Shown here in pieces: positions 27,813 through 36,428 of a stretch of DNA of 64,000 nt. The translations under genes and the position numbers were made by a program. Position 1 is the stretch's first letter; every line of letters starts with the position of its first letter. The notes beneath the pieces are model-generated. The model had not been told where the DNA came from. It worked only from the letters and a program-made list of their open reading frames with translations, and did no database searches. The DNA is from a virus (taxonomy: Duplodnaviria > Caudoviricetes). Where the stretch lies: IMG/VR virus record IMGVR_UViG_3300025534_000006, positions 1 to 64,000 of that record; one strand, written 5' to 3'.

Positions 27813-28682
27813 TCAGTCGATGAATGTGTTGGGTGAGCCGCCGATCACGATGTGACCGCACGCCGCGATGGCGCCCATGGGAGCGGCCTGCTTGTCGCCA
27901 TGGCTGACGGTCGGACTGCACAGGGCCACGATGGTGGTAAGCCCGTGCTGCTTGCAGAATACCAGATCGCCCAGCCGCGCCACCGGCAGGTCGTTCACGC
28001 TGGTGGTCTCCGACCCGGAGATGATCTGTCCGCCTCCCGTCAGGGGATCGCCAAGGCGGGCGAGGGGCTTGCCGGAGGCGTTGGGGGAGGGGGCCGGGTC
28101 GAACTCCCCGGTGGTGGGCGCGTCGGCCGATTCCGTCACCGCATTGGATGGCCGGACGGTGCGGCCGTTGCTGTAGGTGGTGACAACCTCGTTGGCCGAT
28201 GCGGTGGAGGGTGGCTCCGGCGCCGTCGGGTCCGGGTTCTCCGGGGGTGGCTCGGCCTCGACCGGTTCCGCGTCATAAGCCGCATAGGTGACCCGGTCGC
28301 GGTCCGACTGGCTCCACGAGTAGTTGATGGTCTCGTTCTGCCTGCCCACGCCGCCGAGTTGCCCCCAGAAGGCGTGCGGGTATTTGCCTGCCGCGAGGCT
28401 GCCCGGCACCACGACGACGACATGGCCGTGCGCATTGGGCCGCGCCTGCTCCGACCCCTTGAGCCCGGCAATGACGAATTTGCCCGCCTGTGCCTGTGCG
28501 GCAGCCGTGGCGCCATCTGGCAGCACGGTCCAGCCATTGCCACTCCTGATGGTATCGACGATCTGGTTCGCCAAGCCCCGCAGCGGGATCGACAGAGCCG
28601 CTGCGACCGCCCGGCAGAAGCCGGAGCAGTCGGAGCGGTGCTCGGGCCAGTTGGCGGCACAAGCGGCGACGATATCAGCCAT
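27813..28682 (-). CDS. Tse1/Tae1-like peptidoglycan amidase fused to C-terminal PAAR
   Basis: DCSGFCRAVAAAL...VIAGLKG...HGHVVVV...KYP...DRDRVTY; Pro-rich linker; PLARLGD, PVARLGD..C..H, QAAPMG...CGH. Confidence 0.8.
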   Translation of the reverse strand: MADIVAACAANWPEHRSDCSGFCRAVAAALSIPLRGLANQIVDTIRSGNGWTVLPDGATAAAQAQAGKFVIAGLKGSEQARPNAHGHVVVVVPGSLAAGKYPHAFWGQLGGVGRQNETINYSWSQSDRDRVTYAAYDAEPVEAEPPPENPDPTAPEPPSTASANEVVTTYSNGRTVRPSNAVTESADAPTTGEFDPAPSPNASGKPLARLGDPLTGGGQIISGSETTSVNDLPVARLGDLVFCKQHGLTTIVALCSPTVSHGDKQAAPMGAIAACGHIVIGGSPNTFID

Positions 28683-28706
28683 TGGAACCCGGTATGGTCG
28701 CGCGCA

Positions 28707-29054
28707 TCAGCCCCGCAGCAGGCTACTGGCCTGCTGCGCGTTGGGAATCTCGATACCGGTGGTGGCCCGGATGTAGTTCGAGGCCACGTCCTGTCGGGTC
28801 TTGATGGGCTTGTTCAGCATCGCCTCGACGCGAAAGCTGACCGGGCCTTCCTCCCCGGCCGAGGCCATGAACGGCATGAAGCCGATCTGCGCCTGCTGCG
28901 GCCCGACCATCTGCACCCCGATCACGACGGGACGGGTCACCGCCACCACATCGGCCGAGATGGCGTGCAACTTGCCGACGATCTCCTCGCCGCTGACCAG
29001 TTTGAAGGTGCAGACATCGCCCAGAGCGGGCGCATTGTTCTTCTCAATAAGCAT
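28707..29054 (-). CDS. Sm-like fold hypothetical protein
   Basis: GDVCTFKLVSGEEIVGKL...RPVV...PFM. Confidence 0.6.
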   Translation of the reverse strand: MLIEKNNAPALGDVCTFKLVSGEEIVGKLHAISADVVAVTRPVVIGVQMVGPQQAQIGFMPFMASAGEEGPVSFRVEAMLNKPIKTRQDVASNYIRATTGIEIPNAQQASSLLRG

Positions 29055-29199
29055 TCTGAAATGGCTCCTAGAATGACGCAATTATAGCGCATCCGGCCCC
29101 TCGAAGCCAATTTCATTCGAAGGGCAACGTGGACGCTATAAAATCGGTTGACGGAACCGAATTTTGTGCGATCCTCCCTCTCGAAAGGAGGATCGCACA

Positions 29200-29700
29200 A
29201 TGGCTGTCCGGCGGATGCGCAGGATCGAGCGCGAATTGCGGGCGCGCTATTTCGAGGGCGCTTGTGCCATCGTCGAGGAGTTCGGTGGGCGATGGAAGGG
29301 CACGGAGAACGGAGCTTCCGGTCCGCACGCCGAGTACGTCCTGATGACCGATGCCGGTCCCCTCATGGTCGTGGTCTATGATGACTGGACCCATACCTGC
29401 TTCGAGGACCCGAAGGCCGGTGCCGCGCTGGTGGGCAATGGGTTCGGGGCCGCTGATCCGATGCGCGGCTGCAACCCGTTCTCGGGCAAATGGAACTTCC
29501 ATACCTTCCTCGGCCAGCAGAAGGCTCCGACCGCGCGCTACGTGGACGAATGCCTGCGGACCCTCCGCGCCGGTATGGAGAAGGCCGAGGCCCGTGCCAT
29601 GACCGAGGACGAGATCGCCGCCTACGAGGCGGCCGAGGCCATCAAGGACGCGCGGCGGCAGGCGGAATGGGCCGCTGCAATGACCCAGCAGGCGGCGTGA
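29200..29700 (+). CDS. Hypothetical protein
   Basis: AAGGAGG RBS; GC3-rich. Confidence 0.7.
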   Translation: MAVRRMRRIERELRARYFEGACAIVEEFGGRWKGTENGASGPHAEYVLMTDAGPLMVVVYDDWTHTCFEDPKAGAALVGNGFGAADPMRGCNPFSGKWNFHTFLGQQKAPTARYVDECLRTLRAGMEKAEARAMTEDEIAAYEAAEAIKDARRQAEWAAAMTQQAA

Positions 29701-29879
29701 TGTTCTACTGTCCGCGCTGCGGCGAGGAGACCGAACGTCTGTTCGAAGGCTACTGCGAACCCTGCTGCGAGCAGGGCCAGCAGGAGTTGGACGAGCACAA
29801 CGCCCGGTACGACTGGTGGGAGAGTCTGACCGAACAACAGCGGCAGGCGCAGATCAGGGACGCGATCCGACGGGGCTGA
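29700..29879 (+). CDS. Small Zn-ribbon protein
   Basis: ATG overlapping upstream TGA; CPRC...CEPC. Confidence 0.55.
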   Translation: MFYCPRCGEETERLFEGYCEPCCEQGQQELDEHNARYDWWESLTEQQRQAQIRDAIRRG

Positions 29880-29892
29880 TCCCGGCCCACCA

Positions 29893-29899
29893 CTAAATA
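29893..29899 (+). promoter_or_regulatory. Late promoter TAAATA
   Basis: CTAAATA upstream of kinase. Confidence 0.6.
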
Positions 29900-29904
29900 C
29901 GCGC

Positions 29905-30486
29905 ATGTACGCGCATGAAATTCTCCGTCTGGACGAACTGCGGCCATCCACGGCCAAGGAACTCACCCGGACCAACTGGTCCGGGCATGAGGCGGTCGCG
30001 GAATGGCTCACCCGGCACGGTTTTCGGCAGATCGGCAGCGGCTCCTACGGTTCGGTCTGGTCCGATGAATCCCGCGCCGTGGTGAAGGTTTTCCACCGCG
30101 ATCCCTGCTATGCCCGGTTCGCCGCGTACTGCCGCGACCACCGTGGCAACCCCCACCTGCCCAAGATCAGCCGTGTGTTCCCGCTGCCGCAGGACGGCGG
30201 CGTGGTCTTTATGGAACGGCTGGTGCCGCTCCCCGATGCGGTCGCCACGACATGGGCGCGCCTGATCAATACCTACAAGGATTTCCTGACGTTCAGGGGC
30301 TACATGCCGCCTGCGAAGCTGCAAGGCGACGCCGAAGCCTTTGCCCGGCGCTACCCCGCCTTGGCGCGCACCGTGCGCGAGATCGTGGACCTGTTCGAGG
30401 ATGGCGGGTGCCTGTTCGACATCCATGAGGACAATATCATGTCCCGCGACGGCACCGTCGTCATCATCGATCCGGTGATCGAGTAG
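29905..30486 (+). CDS. Protein kinase-like (ePK/APH fold)
   Basis: IGSGSYGSVW, VVKV, FMERL, DIHEDNIM, IIDP; CTAAATA 5 nt upstream. Confidence 0.75.
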   Translation: MYAHEILRLDELRPSTAKELTRTNWSGHEAVAEWLTRHGFRQIGSGSYGSVWSDESRAVVKVFHRDPCYARFAAYCRDHRGNPHLPKISRVFPLPQDGGVVFMERLVPLPDAVATTWARLINTYKDFLTFRGYMPPAKLQGDAEAFARRYPALARTVREIVDLFEDGGCLFDIHEDNIMSRDGTVVIIDPVIE

Positions 30487-30501
30487 CCTAGTCGGGCACC
30501 C

Positions 30502-31566
30502 TCATTCGCATCGGGCGCAGTAGCGCAGTCCCAGCCGGTCGCGCTCCTTGCCGACCGACAGGCCGCATCCGTAGCAGTTCTGGCAGTCGTCATCCGCCAC
30601 GGACGGCTCGTGGAGGCGTCCGATGAGATCGGCGGCCCACTCCTCGGGGGAGGTCTCTGCCATTCTGGCCTGCTTCCGCCTTCCACGCGGCTGCCGGGGC
30701 TCCATGATCGGCTTGGTGGGGAGCGTGACCTTGACCTTGCGCGAGCCGCCACGGCGGTCCGGTGCGGGCGCCTGAGGGGGCGCTTCGGGGGTCTCCGATA
30801 CAGGAGGCTCGCCCGAAGGTGCCGTGACCGTCTCCGCCTTGGCCGGGCGCGGGGCCTCGATCCTGACGGCCGGACGCGGCGCAACAGGGCGCGTCGGCGC
30901 TGGCATATCGGCGCCCGTCACCGGGGCGAACCGCCGCTCGCGCGCCCGCCGCATCGCGCCGCTTCGCAGCCGATTGCGGAGATGCTGGATGACCTCCGGA
31001 ACGCTTTCGAGAAACCGCGCCACACACTGGTCGCGATACTGGCTGTTCCGGCGGAACCGCAGCTTGAGGCGCCGGACCATGCCCCAGTCATAGCCGCCAT
31101 TCAGCAGGCGCAGAGCGGCCAAGCGAAACGCGTGCAGGTGGATTCGGGGGTCTTGGGCTCGAATGCCGCTCTTGGGGCGCCGCCGTCGGCGGATGAAGAT
31201 GTCGTGGCGCGCGGCGTAGTCGGGGTCGGAAAGGGCGGCGGTTCTTTCCTGATACCAGAAGGCGTACAGATCGAAGGAATCGTCGTGGCGGCGCGATGAA
31301 GGTGGACGAGGGCGTCGTCGGTCTTGGTGGCCGTCGTCACTCGGTCTGACCGGCTGCTCTGCTTGCGGTAGTGCGCCCGATTCGCGGAGAATGCGCCGCA
31401 TCTGCGCCTCGGTGTTCCGCAGTGCGCGCCAGTCCGACGGCGTTGATGCAGTGTGAACCACACCTTTTGCCTTGGGGTGCTCAAGGCGAATATGGCCGCC
31501 ATTGGTTCTTGTCGCGACCCAACCATCACTCTCCCAACGGCTGAGCCTGTCGCTAATCTTCACCAT
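30502..31566 (-). CDS. HicA-like N-terminal domain fused to long basic/Pro-rich region with terminal CxxC pairs
   Basis: GW...RTNGGHIRLEHP......TASTPSDWRA..N; ends C.NC.GC...C.RC. Confidence 0.6.
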   Translation of the reverse strand: MVKISDRLSRWESDGWVATRTNGGHIRLEHPKAKGVVHTASTPSDWRALRNTEAQMRRILRESGALPQAEQPVRPSDDGHQDRRRPRPPSSRRHDDSFDLYAFWYQERTAALSDPDYAARHDIFIRRRRRPKSGIRAQDPRIHLHAFRLAALRLLNGGYDWGMVRRLKLRFRRNSQYRDQCVARFLESVPEVIQHLRNRLRSGAMRRARERRFAPVTGADMPAPTRPVAPRPAVRIEAPRPAKAETVTAPSGEPPVSETPEAPPQAPAPDRRGGSRKVKVTLPTKPIMEPRQPRGRRKQARMAETSPEEWAADLIGRLHEPSVADDDCQNCYGCGLSVGKERDRLGLRYCARCE

Positions 31567-31732
31567 TCGCGCCCGTAACCAGCCCGTACAGAGTCCAAAC
31601 CATTTCCGCGCAGCACCAGATGTGCTTCAATGACATGTGTTGTGTATGGAATCTGGGACGGTCGGAAACCCATCCACAGCGCAGATGGCCACACAAGCGC
31701 GCGAGACGCAAGGACCAAAATGTCCCGAAAAG

Positions 31733-31759
31733 AGAACAGGGGGCTCGCGCCCCCTGTTC
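31733..31759. terminator. Hairpin downstream of nrdB
   Basis: AGAACAGGGG / CCCCTGTTCT 10-bp stem. Confidence 0.55.
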
Positions 31760-31810
31760 TTGCCATCTGCGGCAATCCGTTTGCTCGAAAGCCGTAGCTC
31801 CGCGACCCGA

Positions 31811-32830
31811 TCAGAAGTCGTCCACGTCCAGCGCCACGTCGCCGCCGATGCCAACCGCGTATTCGGCCGGGGTCCGCTCGAAGAAGTTCGCGAGCGATTG
31901 CACGTCCTGCTTGAGCATGAAGTCGAACGGGCACTTCGCATTGTATACCGGCTCGATGCCGAGGCGGCGCATGTGGTTGTCGGCGGTGTAGCAGAGGTAC
32001 TCGCGCATGTCCTCCTTGGTCAGGCCAACCACACCGAGGGACAGCGTGTCCTCGGCAAACTGCATCTCGCAGTCGATGGCCTCGGCGAGCATCTGCTTCA
32101 CCCGCTCGTCCATCTGGTCATCCCACAGTTCCGGCTCCTCGCGGCGCACCGCATCGATCACGCTGAACGCGAAGCGCATGTGCCACGATTCGTCGCGGAA
32201 CACCCAGTTGGTGCCACTGCCGAGGCCATGCAGCAGGCCGCGATCCCGCAGGTAGTAGACGTAGGCAAAGGCCGCGAAGAAGAACAGCCCCTCGACCGCC
32301 GCCGCGAAGGTGATCAGGTTCATCAGGAAGGTGCGCTTCTTCTCGACGGTATCGAGCACGTCGATGTCGTTCATCGCATCCATCCACTTGAAGCAGAAAT
32401 CCGCCTTCTTCTTGATGCTCGGGATGTTGTTGATGGCATCGAACATCGCCTTCCGCTCGTCGGGATCGGGGATGTAGTTGTCGAGCAGGGTGAGGTAGAA
32501 TTGGACGTGCAACGCCTCCTCGAAAATCTGGCGGGAATAGTAGAGGCGCGCCTCAGGGCTGTTGACGTGCTTGTAGAGGGTGAGCGCGGCGTTGTTACCG
32601 ACGATGGAGTCGCCGGTCGCGAAGAAAGCGACGATGCGCGACACGACGTGCTTCTCGGCTTCGGTCAGCTTCTCGCGCAGATCGACGAGGTCGGTGGCGA
32701 AGGAGATTTCCTGAACGGACCAGTTATTGGCCTGCGCATTCACGAAGGCATCGAAGAAGGCCGGGTACTTCATCGGGCGAAGCGTGAGGTCGAAGCCCGG
32801 CGTGAGCAGGGTATGCTTGGTAGACGACAT
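31811..32830 (-). CDS. nrdB: Ribonucleotide reductase class Ia beta subunit
   Basis: FFATGDSIV, EEALHVQFY, VEGLFFF, WVFRDESWH di-iron motifs. Confidence 0.96.
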   Translation of the reverse strand: MSSTKHTLLTPGFDLTLRPMKYPAFFDAFVNAQANNWSVQEISFATDLVDLREKLTEAEKHVVSRIVAFFATGDSIVGNNAALTLYKHVNSPEARLYYSRQIFEEALHVQFYLTLLDNYIPDPDERKAMFDAINNIPSIKKKADFCFKWMDAMNDIDVLDTVEKKRTFLMNLITFAAAVEGLFFFAAFAYVYYLRDRGLLHGLGSGTNWVFRDESWHMRFAFSVIDAVRREEPELWDDQMDERVKQMLAEAIDCEMQFAEDTLSLGVVGLTKEDMREYLCYTADNHMRRLGIEPVYNAKCPFDFMLKQDVQSLANFFERTPAEYAVGIGGDVALDVDDF

Positions 32831-32994
32831 GATGAAAAATGGACTCCTGAAATCCGGTTCAAAAAATCACAACGATGCACAAGCCCTGCCGCGTAGAGCG
32901 GCTATCGGTATACCAGATATAGCGCATCCGAGGTCGCCAGCACAAGCAAAACCACGTTCGGCCTGACGGCTTTTTCTCCGTCCTCAGGGAAGGC

Positions 32995-33399
32995 TCAGCC
33001 GGGCGTCGGGACGCGTCGGAGCACGATCAGTCTGGCGCCGCGTTCCGGCGCGTCCGGTGGCGGGGGAGGGGTCCAATCCGACAGCACGCCGGGCTCGGGC
33101 GGGACGATGTTGGAGGCGGTCTTGACCCACGTCTTGCGCATCGTCGGCGTGAACGGGCCGAGGTTGGTGGCCGTCACCGTGTAGGAGGCCATGGAGGGGA
33201 AATCGAAACGGTCGCCCTGCCGCAGGGTGATGGTCTTGCCCTCATATGTGACCTCGAAGGTTCCAAGCGCCGCGAAGATCGTGTGGGCGGGGCGCTGGGC
33301 GATGCGGTCGCTGGTGAGCACCTCGCCCGCCTCGTCGAAGTCATGGAGGTCGCCCTCGATGACGCCCTTGGCCTTGATGGGGGTGGTCTCGATGGTCAT
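32995..33399 (-). CDS. Hypothetical protein, cupin-like
   Basis: GTFEVTYEGKTITLRQGDRFDFP. Confidence 0.5.
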   Translation of the reverse strand: MTIETTPIKAKGVIEGDLHDFDEAGEVLTSDRIAQRPAHTIFAALGTFEVTYEGKTITLRQGDRFDFPSMASYTVTATNLGPFTPTMRKTWVKTASNIVPPEPGVLSDWTPPPPPDAPERGARLIVLRRVPTPG

Positions 33400-33412
33400 G
33401 GCAATGGCAGCC

Positions 33413-33667
33413 TCAGAACAGGATCAGGGCGGCATCCTCGCCCGCCACCAGCGAGAATGATTTTCCGGCCGGGATCGTCAGCGCGTCGCCTGCCGCGAGG
33501 CTCGTGCTGGTCTTGGTGCCGGAGCGCGTGAGGGTCAGGGTGCCACCGGTCACGATCAGCAGGCGGGCGGTCGGCCCGGCCGCCGCCGAATGCGTCTCGC
33601 CTTTCGGGAGGGTGATCGTGGCGCCGCGAAGCCCGTTGGGCGTGCGGAAAGGGGTTTCGGTGGACAT
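33413..33667 (-). CDS. Cupin-like small protein
   Basis: LLIVTGGTLTL...LAAGDALTIPAG. Confidence 0.55.
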   Translation of the reverse strand: MSTETPFRTPNGLRGATITLPKGETHSAAAGPTARLLIVTGGTLTLTRSGTKTSTSLAAGDALTIPAGKSFSLVAGEDAALILF

Positions 33668-33671
33668 CGGG

Positions 33672-33986
33672 TCAATAGCTGTGGGTGACGGTGAAGCGAT
33701 AGGCATTGACGGTCCGGCGCGGCGTGGAACTGTCGGTCGAGAGCACGGTGAAGCTCGCAACGAACACGTCGCCATCCTCGCCGGTCGAGGTGAACACGGG
33801 TTCCCCCGCCTCATTGAGGCTCGCGGTAATGCCGCCACCTCCGATGCGCGTGACCTCCGTCTGGTAGGGCGCGGTACCGTCCATGCGGGCGGTCGTCGTC
33901 AGCGTCCCGCCGCCCGGCATGTCGCCATCGGCATTGCTGAGGCTGAGCGGCGGGCAGGGGCGGCGAATATCGAGACCGTCAGCCAT
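33672..33986 (-). CDS. Hypothetical tail-associated protein
   Basis: Start overlaps upstream stop; beta-rich. Confidence 0.5.
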   Translation of the reverse strand: MADGLDIRRPCPPLSLSNADGDMPGGGTLTTTARMDGTAPYQTEVTRIGGGGITASLNEAGEPVFTSTGEDGDVFVASFTVLSTDSSTPRRTVNAYRFTVTHSY

Positions 33987-34863
33987 AGGTCACGTATGCC
34001 CCCTCGCCATCAATGGCGAAGCCGCCCCGGCCGCCAGCGCCGCCTACCGCGCCGCCATTGGCACCCGGCTGGCCGTCCTGTCCCAGATTGCCGCCAGCGC
34101 CGCCATTGCCGCCCTGATTCCACTCCTTGGAGTTGTTTGGTTGGACAACGCCGCCACTGCCGCCGAACTCCCGGCTGCCCGGATTGGCGTTCTGGAATTT
34201 CCCGGATGCGGTACCGGGGGCACCGCCGTTCACACCGGCTCCTCCGCCACCCGGCGCACCGGGATCGTCGTAGCACTCGGGACAGGTGGCGCCACCGCCA
34301 CCGCCACCACCGCCACCGCCTCCGGCGATCATTCCGCCGCCCATGAGGATGATCGGAAAGCGCACGTAGAGACCCGTGCCCCCATCCTGTCCGGCGCCGC
34401 CGTTACTGAGACTGCCAGAGCGTCCCGCCCCGGCATTACCGCCGCGACCACCGGCACCGATGATGGCGCCGTCCACACGCAGGCGGATGATGCTGCCGTT
34501 CGGGAAATAGGGCGGGACTACGAAGGCTGGCGCTTCGGGGCTGGCGGAGCCAACGGTCCCGCCTACGATGATCGTCATGTCGAGCGGGGTGACGGTATCC
34601 CAGCCGCGATAGTCGCGGAGATCGTTGTAGAGGTCGAAGTTGAACGTATCGCCAATCGCGTAGGTGATCGCGAAGGACCTGCGCGCCCCGTAGAAATCCG
34701 AGAACCTGATCGGACCGCTGGTCGGAATACGCTGGTTCACCGAGGAGTCCGGCACGCGCCCGCCGCCGCGATAATACTGTTTCAGACTGACCGGCAGGTT
34801 CCCGCCGAACTCCCCGCGAATATCGCCAAGGAGCGAAAGTGGACCGGAGGACTTGATGGTCAT
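33979..34863 (-). CDS. Glycine-rich fibre-tip adhesin-like protein
   Basis: SGPLSL.DI..EFGG..PVSL..YYRGG...IPTSGPI.FSDFYG; GAGGRGG and polyG motifs. Confidence 0.7.
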   Translation of the reverse strand: MTIKSSGPLSLLGDIRGEFGGNLPVSLKQYYRGGGRVPDSSVNQRIPTSGPIRFSDFYGARRSFAITYAIGDTFNFDLYNDLRDYRGWDTVTPLDMTIIVGGTVGSASPEAPAFVVPPYFPNGSIIRLRVDGAIIGAGGRGGNAGAGRSGSLSNGGAGQDGGTGLYVRFPIILMGGGMIAGGGGGGGGGGGATCPECYDDPGAPGGGGAGVNGGAPGTASGKFQNANPGSREFGGSGGVVQPNNSKEWNQGGNGGAGGNLGQDGQPGANGGAVGGAGGRGGFAIDGEGAYVTYG

Positions 34864-36371
34864 GCCCGGCCCTCCAACTTGGCGACACGCGCCGAAAGCT
34901 CCTTTACCGCCTCGATCAGCACGCCCACGAGGTTGCCGTAGGCGACCGACATCATGCCGCCGTCGTTGTCATGCACCACCTCGGGCACGACCTTCTGCAC
35001 TTCTTGAGCGATGACGCCGACGCCCTCCTTGCCGTCACGCGAGAACCGGACGCCGCGCAACTGCTCAACCAGTTCCAGCGCATTCTCAATGGTCCTGACA
35101 TCGCTCTTGAGGCGCGCATCCGAGGCAGCCGTGATGTCGCCTTGAACCACGAGGTTCGCGGCACTATCAAGCTCCATGAGAATGCGGGACCAAGACTGCC
35201 AATGACCGGTGCCGTCGAGCGTGGCGACGCCGAACTTGTTACCGCTGTTCATGAGCAGCCCGGCGCACCAGTTGGCAGACGGCTTGTAGATGAACAGGGT
35301 CGGATCGACATCGGAAACAATGCCGACGGGTCCGGTATTGACCGTCATGCTGCCATTGACGGTGAGTGACGTACCGACCGTCACGTTGCCCGTCGGCAGA
35401 TCAATCGTGAAGGGCCGCAGGTTATTCGCGCCACCGTTCTGCTGACCACTGTTGGTCAGCAGCAGTTGGAACGTGGACCCGTCATTGCGCTGGATCACCG
35501 CACGGTTACCGCCGATGAGGCGCAACTGGCCGCCATTCGCGGGGGTCGCGGACGCAACCAATTCGCCGTTGCGAACCGTCAGCCCGGCATTTGCGACCAG
35601 TGAACCCGTGACGGTACCACCGCTGATTGGCAGGTAGTCGCCCGGAGTGAAATTATCGGTGGTCCAGACATCCTTGCCATCGACCTTGAGGGCCTTCGTG
35701 AACAGCGTGCCACCGACCGTGAGATCGCCCGTGATCTCGCCCATGCTGGCCGTAAGCTTGCCCAGAACGGTGAGGTCACCATCGACCGTAAGATCGCCCG
35801 TGATCTCGCCGCCCGCAACATCGAGCTTGCTGTTGGGATCGAAGTTGCCCTCGTGCCAGACCGCATTATCGTCGATTTTGAGCGTGCCGCCTCCGTACAC
35901 ATGGAGGTCCGGGCCGTCCTGCGCGAACGACACCAAAATCGTGCCATCGGGATCGGCAAAGTTAATGCGCGCCTTGTGGTCGGGACGGGCAAGAGTGATG
36001 ATGCCGTCCGCTCCGATGTTGCTCCACGTATTGTTCGTGGTATTGATGATCTTGAGATCGCCCGTCATCGTGTCGCCGTCGAGCGACACGGAGTTGGCGG
36101 CATATGCCATCTGCTTCCACTGACCGTTGGAGCCGAGCACCTTGATCTGTTCGGTCGAGGTGTCGTACCAGAGCATCCCCCGCAGCGCGGCGTCCGGCGG
36201 GCTTCTGTGCGCGAAGTTTTCGAGCAGGTTGATGAAGTTCTCGTTCATCGCCTCGCCGAAATCGAGCGCGCCACGGCCGATCAGCGTGAGGGGTACCGCG
36301 CCCCGGACAAGCGTCCGCTCGTTTACATTCGCAATGAAGCCGCCGTCGCGGCGCTCGATTCTGTAGGTCAT
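34860..36371 (-). CDS. Long tail fibre with C-terminal S74-type intramolecular chaperone
   Basis: LTLIGRG..FGE..NENF..LLENFA; SDARLKSDV..I.NAL...LRGV...GVIAQEV. Confidence 0.85.
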   Translation of the reverse strand: MTYRIERRDGGFIANVNERTLVRGAVPLTLIGRGALDFGEAMNENFINLLENFAHRSPPDAALRGMLWYDTSTEQIKVLGSNGQWKQMAYAANSVSLDGDTMTGDLKIINTTNNTWSNIGADGIITLARPDHKARINFADPDGTILVSFAQDGPDLHVYGGGTLKIDDNAVWHEGNFDPNSKLDVAGGEITGDLTVDGDLTVLGKLTASMGEITGDLTVGGTLFTKALKVDGKDVWTTDNFTPGDYLPISGGTVTGSLVANAGLTVRNGELVASATPANGGQLRLIGGNRAVIQRNDGSTFQLLLTNSGQQNGGANNLRPFTIDLPTGNVTVGTSLTVNGSMTVNTGPVGIVSDVDPTLFIYKPSANWCAGLLMNSGNKFGVATLDGTGHWQSWSRILMELDSAANLVVQGDITAASDARLKSDVRTIENALELVEQLRGVRFSRDGKEGVGVIAQEVQKVVPEVVHDNDGGMMSVAYGNLVGVLIEAVKELSARVAKLEGRA

Positions 36372-36397
36372 GGCGACAATCGCGTTCAGTGTGGTGT

Positions 36398-36404
36398 TAT
36401 TTAG
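36398..36404 (-). promoter_or_regulatory. Late promoter TAAATA
   Basis: CTAAATA upstream of fibre 36371. Confidence 0.6.
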
Positions 36405-36428
36405 CCATCCTCAGCGCGCGCTTTCCGG

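Noticed and set aside
34290-34325. CCGCCA tandem repeat as contingency locus
   Set aside because: Encodes the polyglycine tract of the adhesin; in frame
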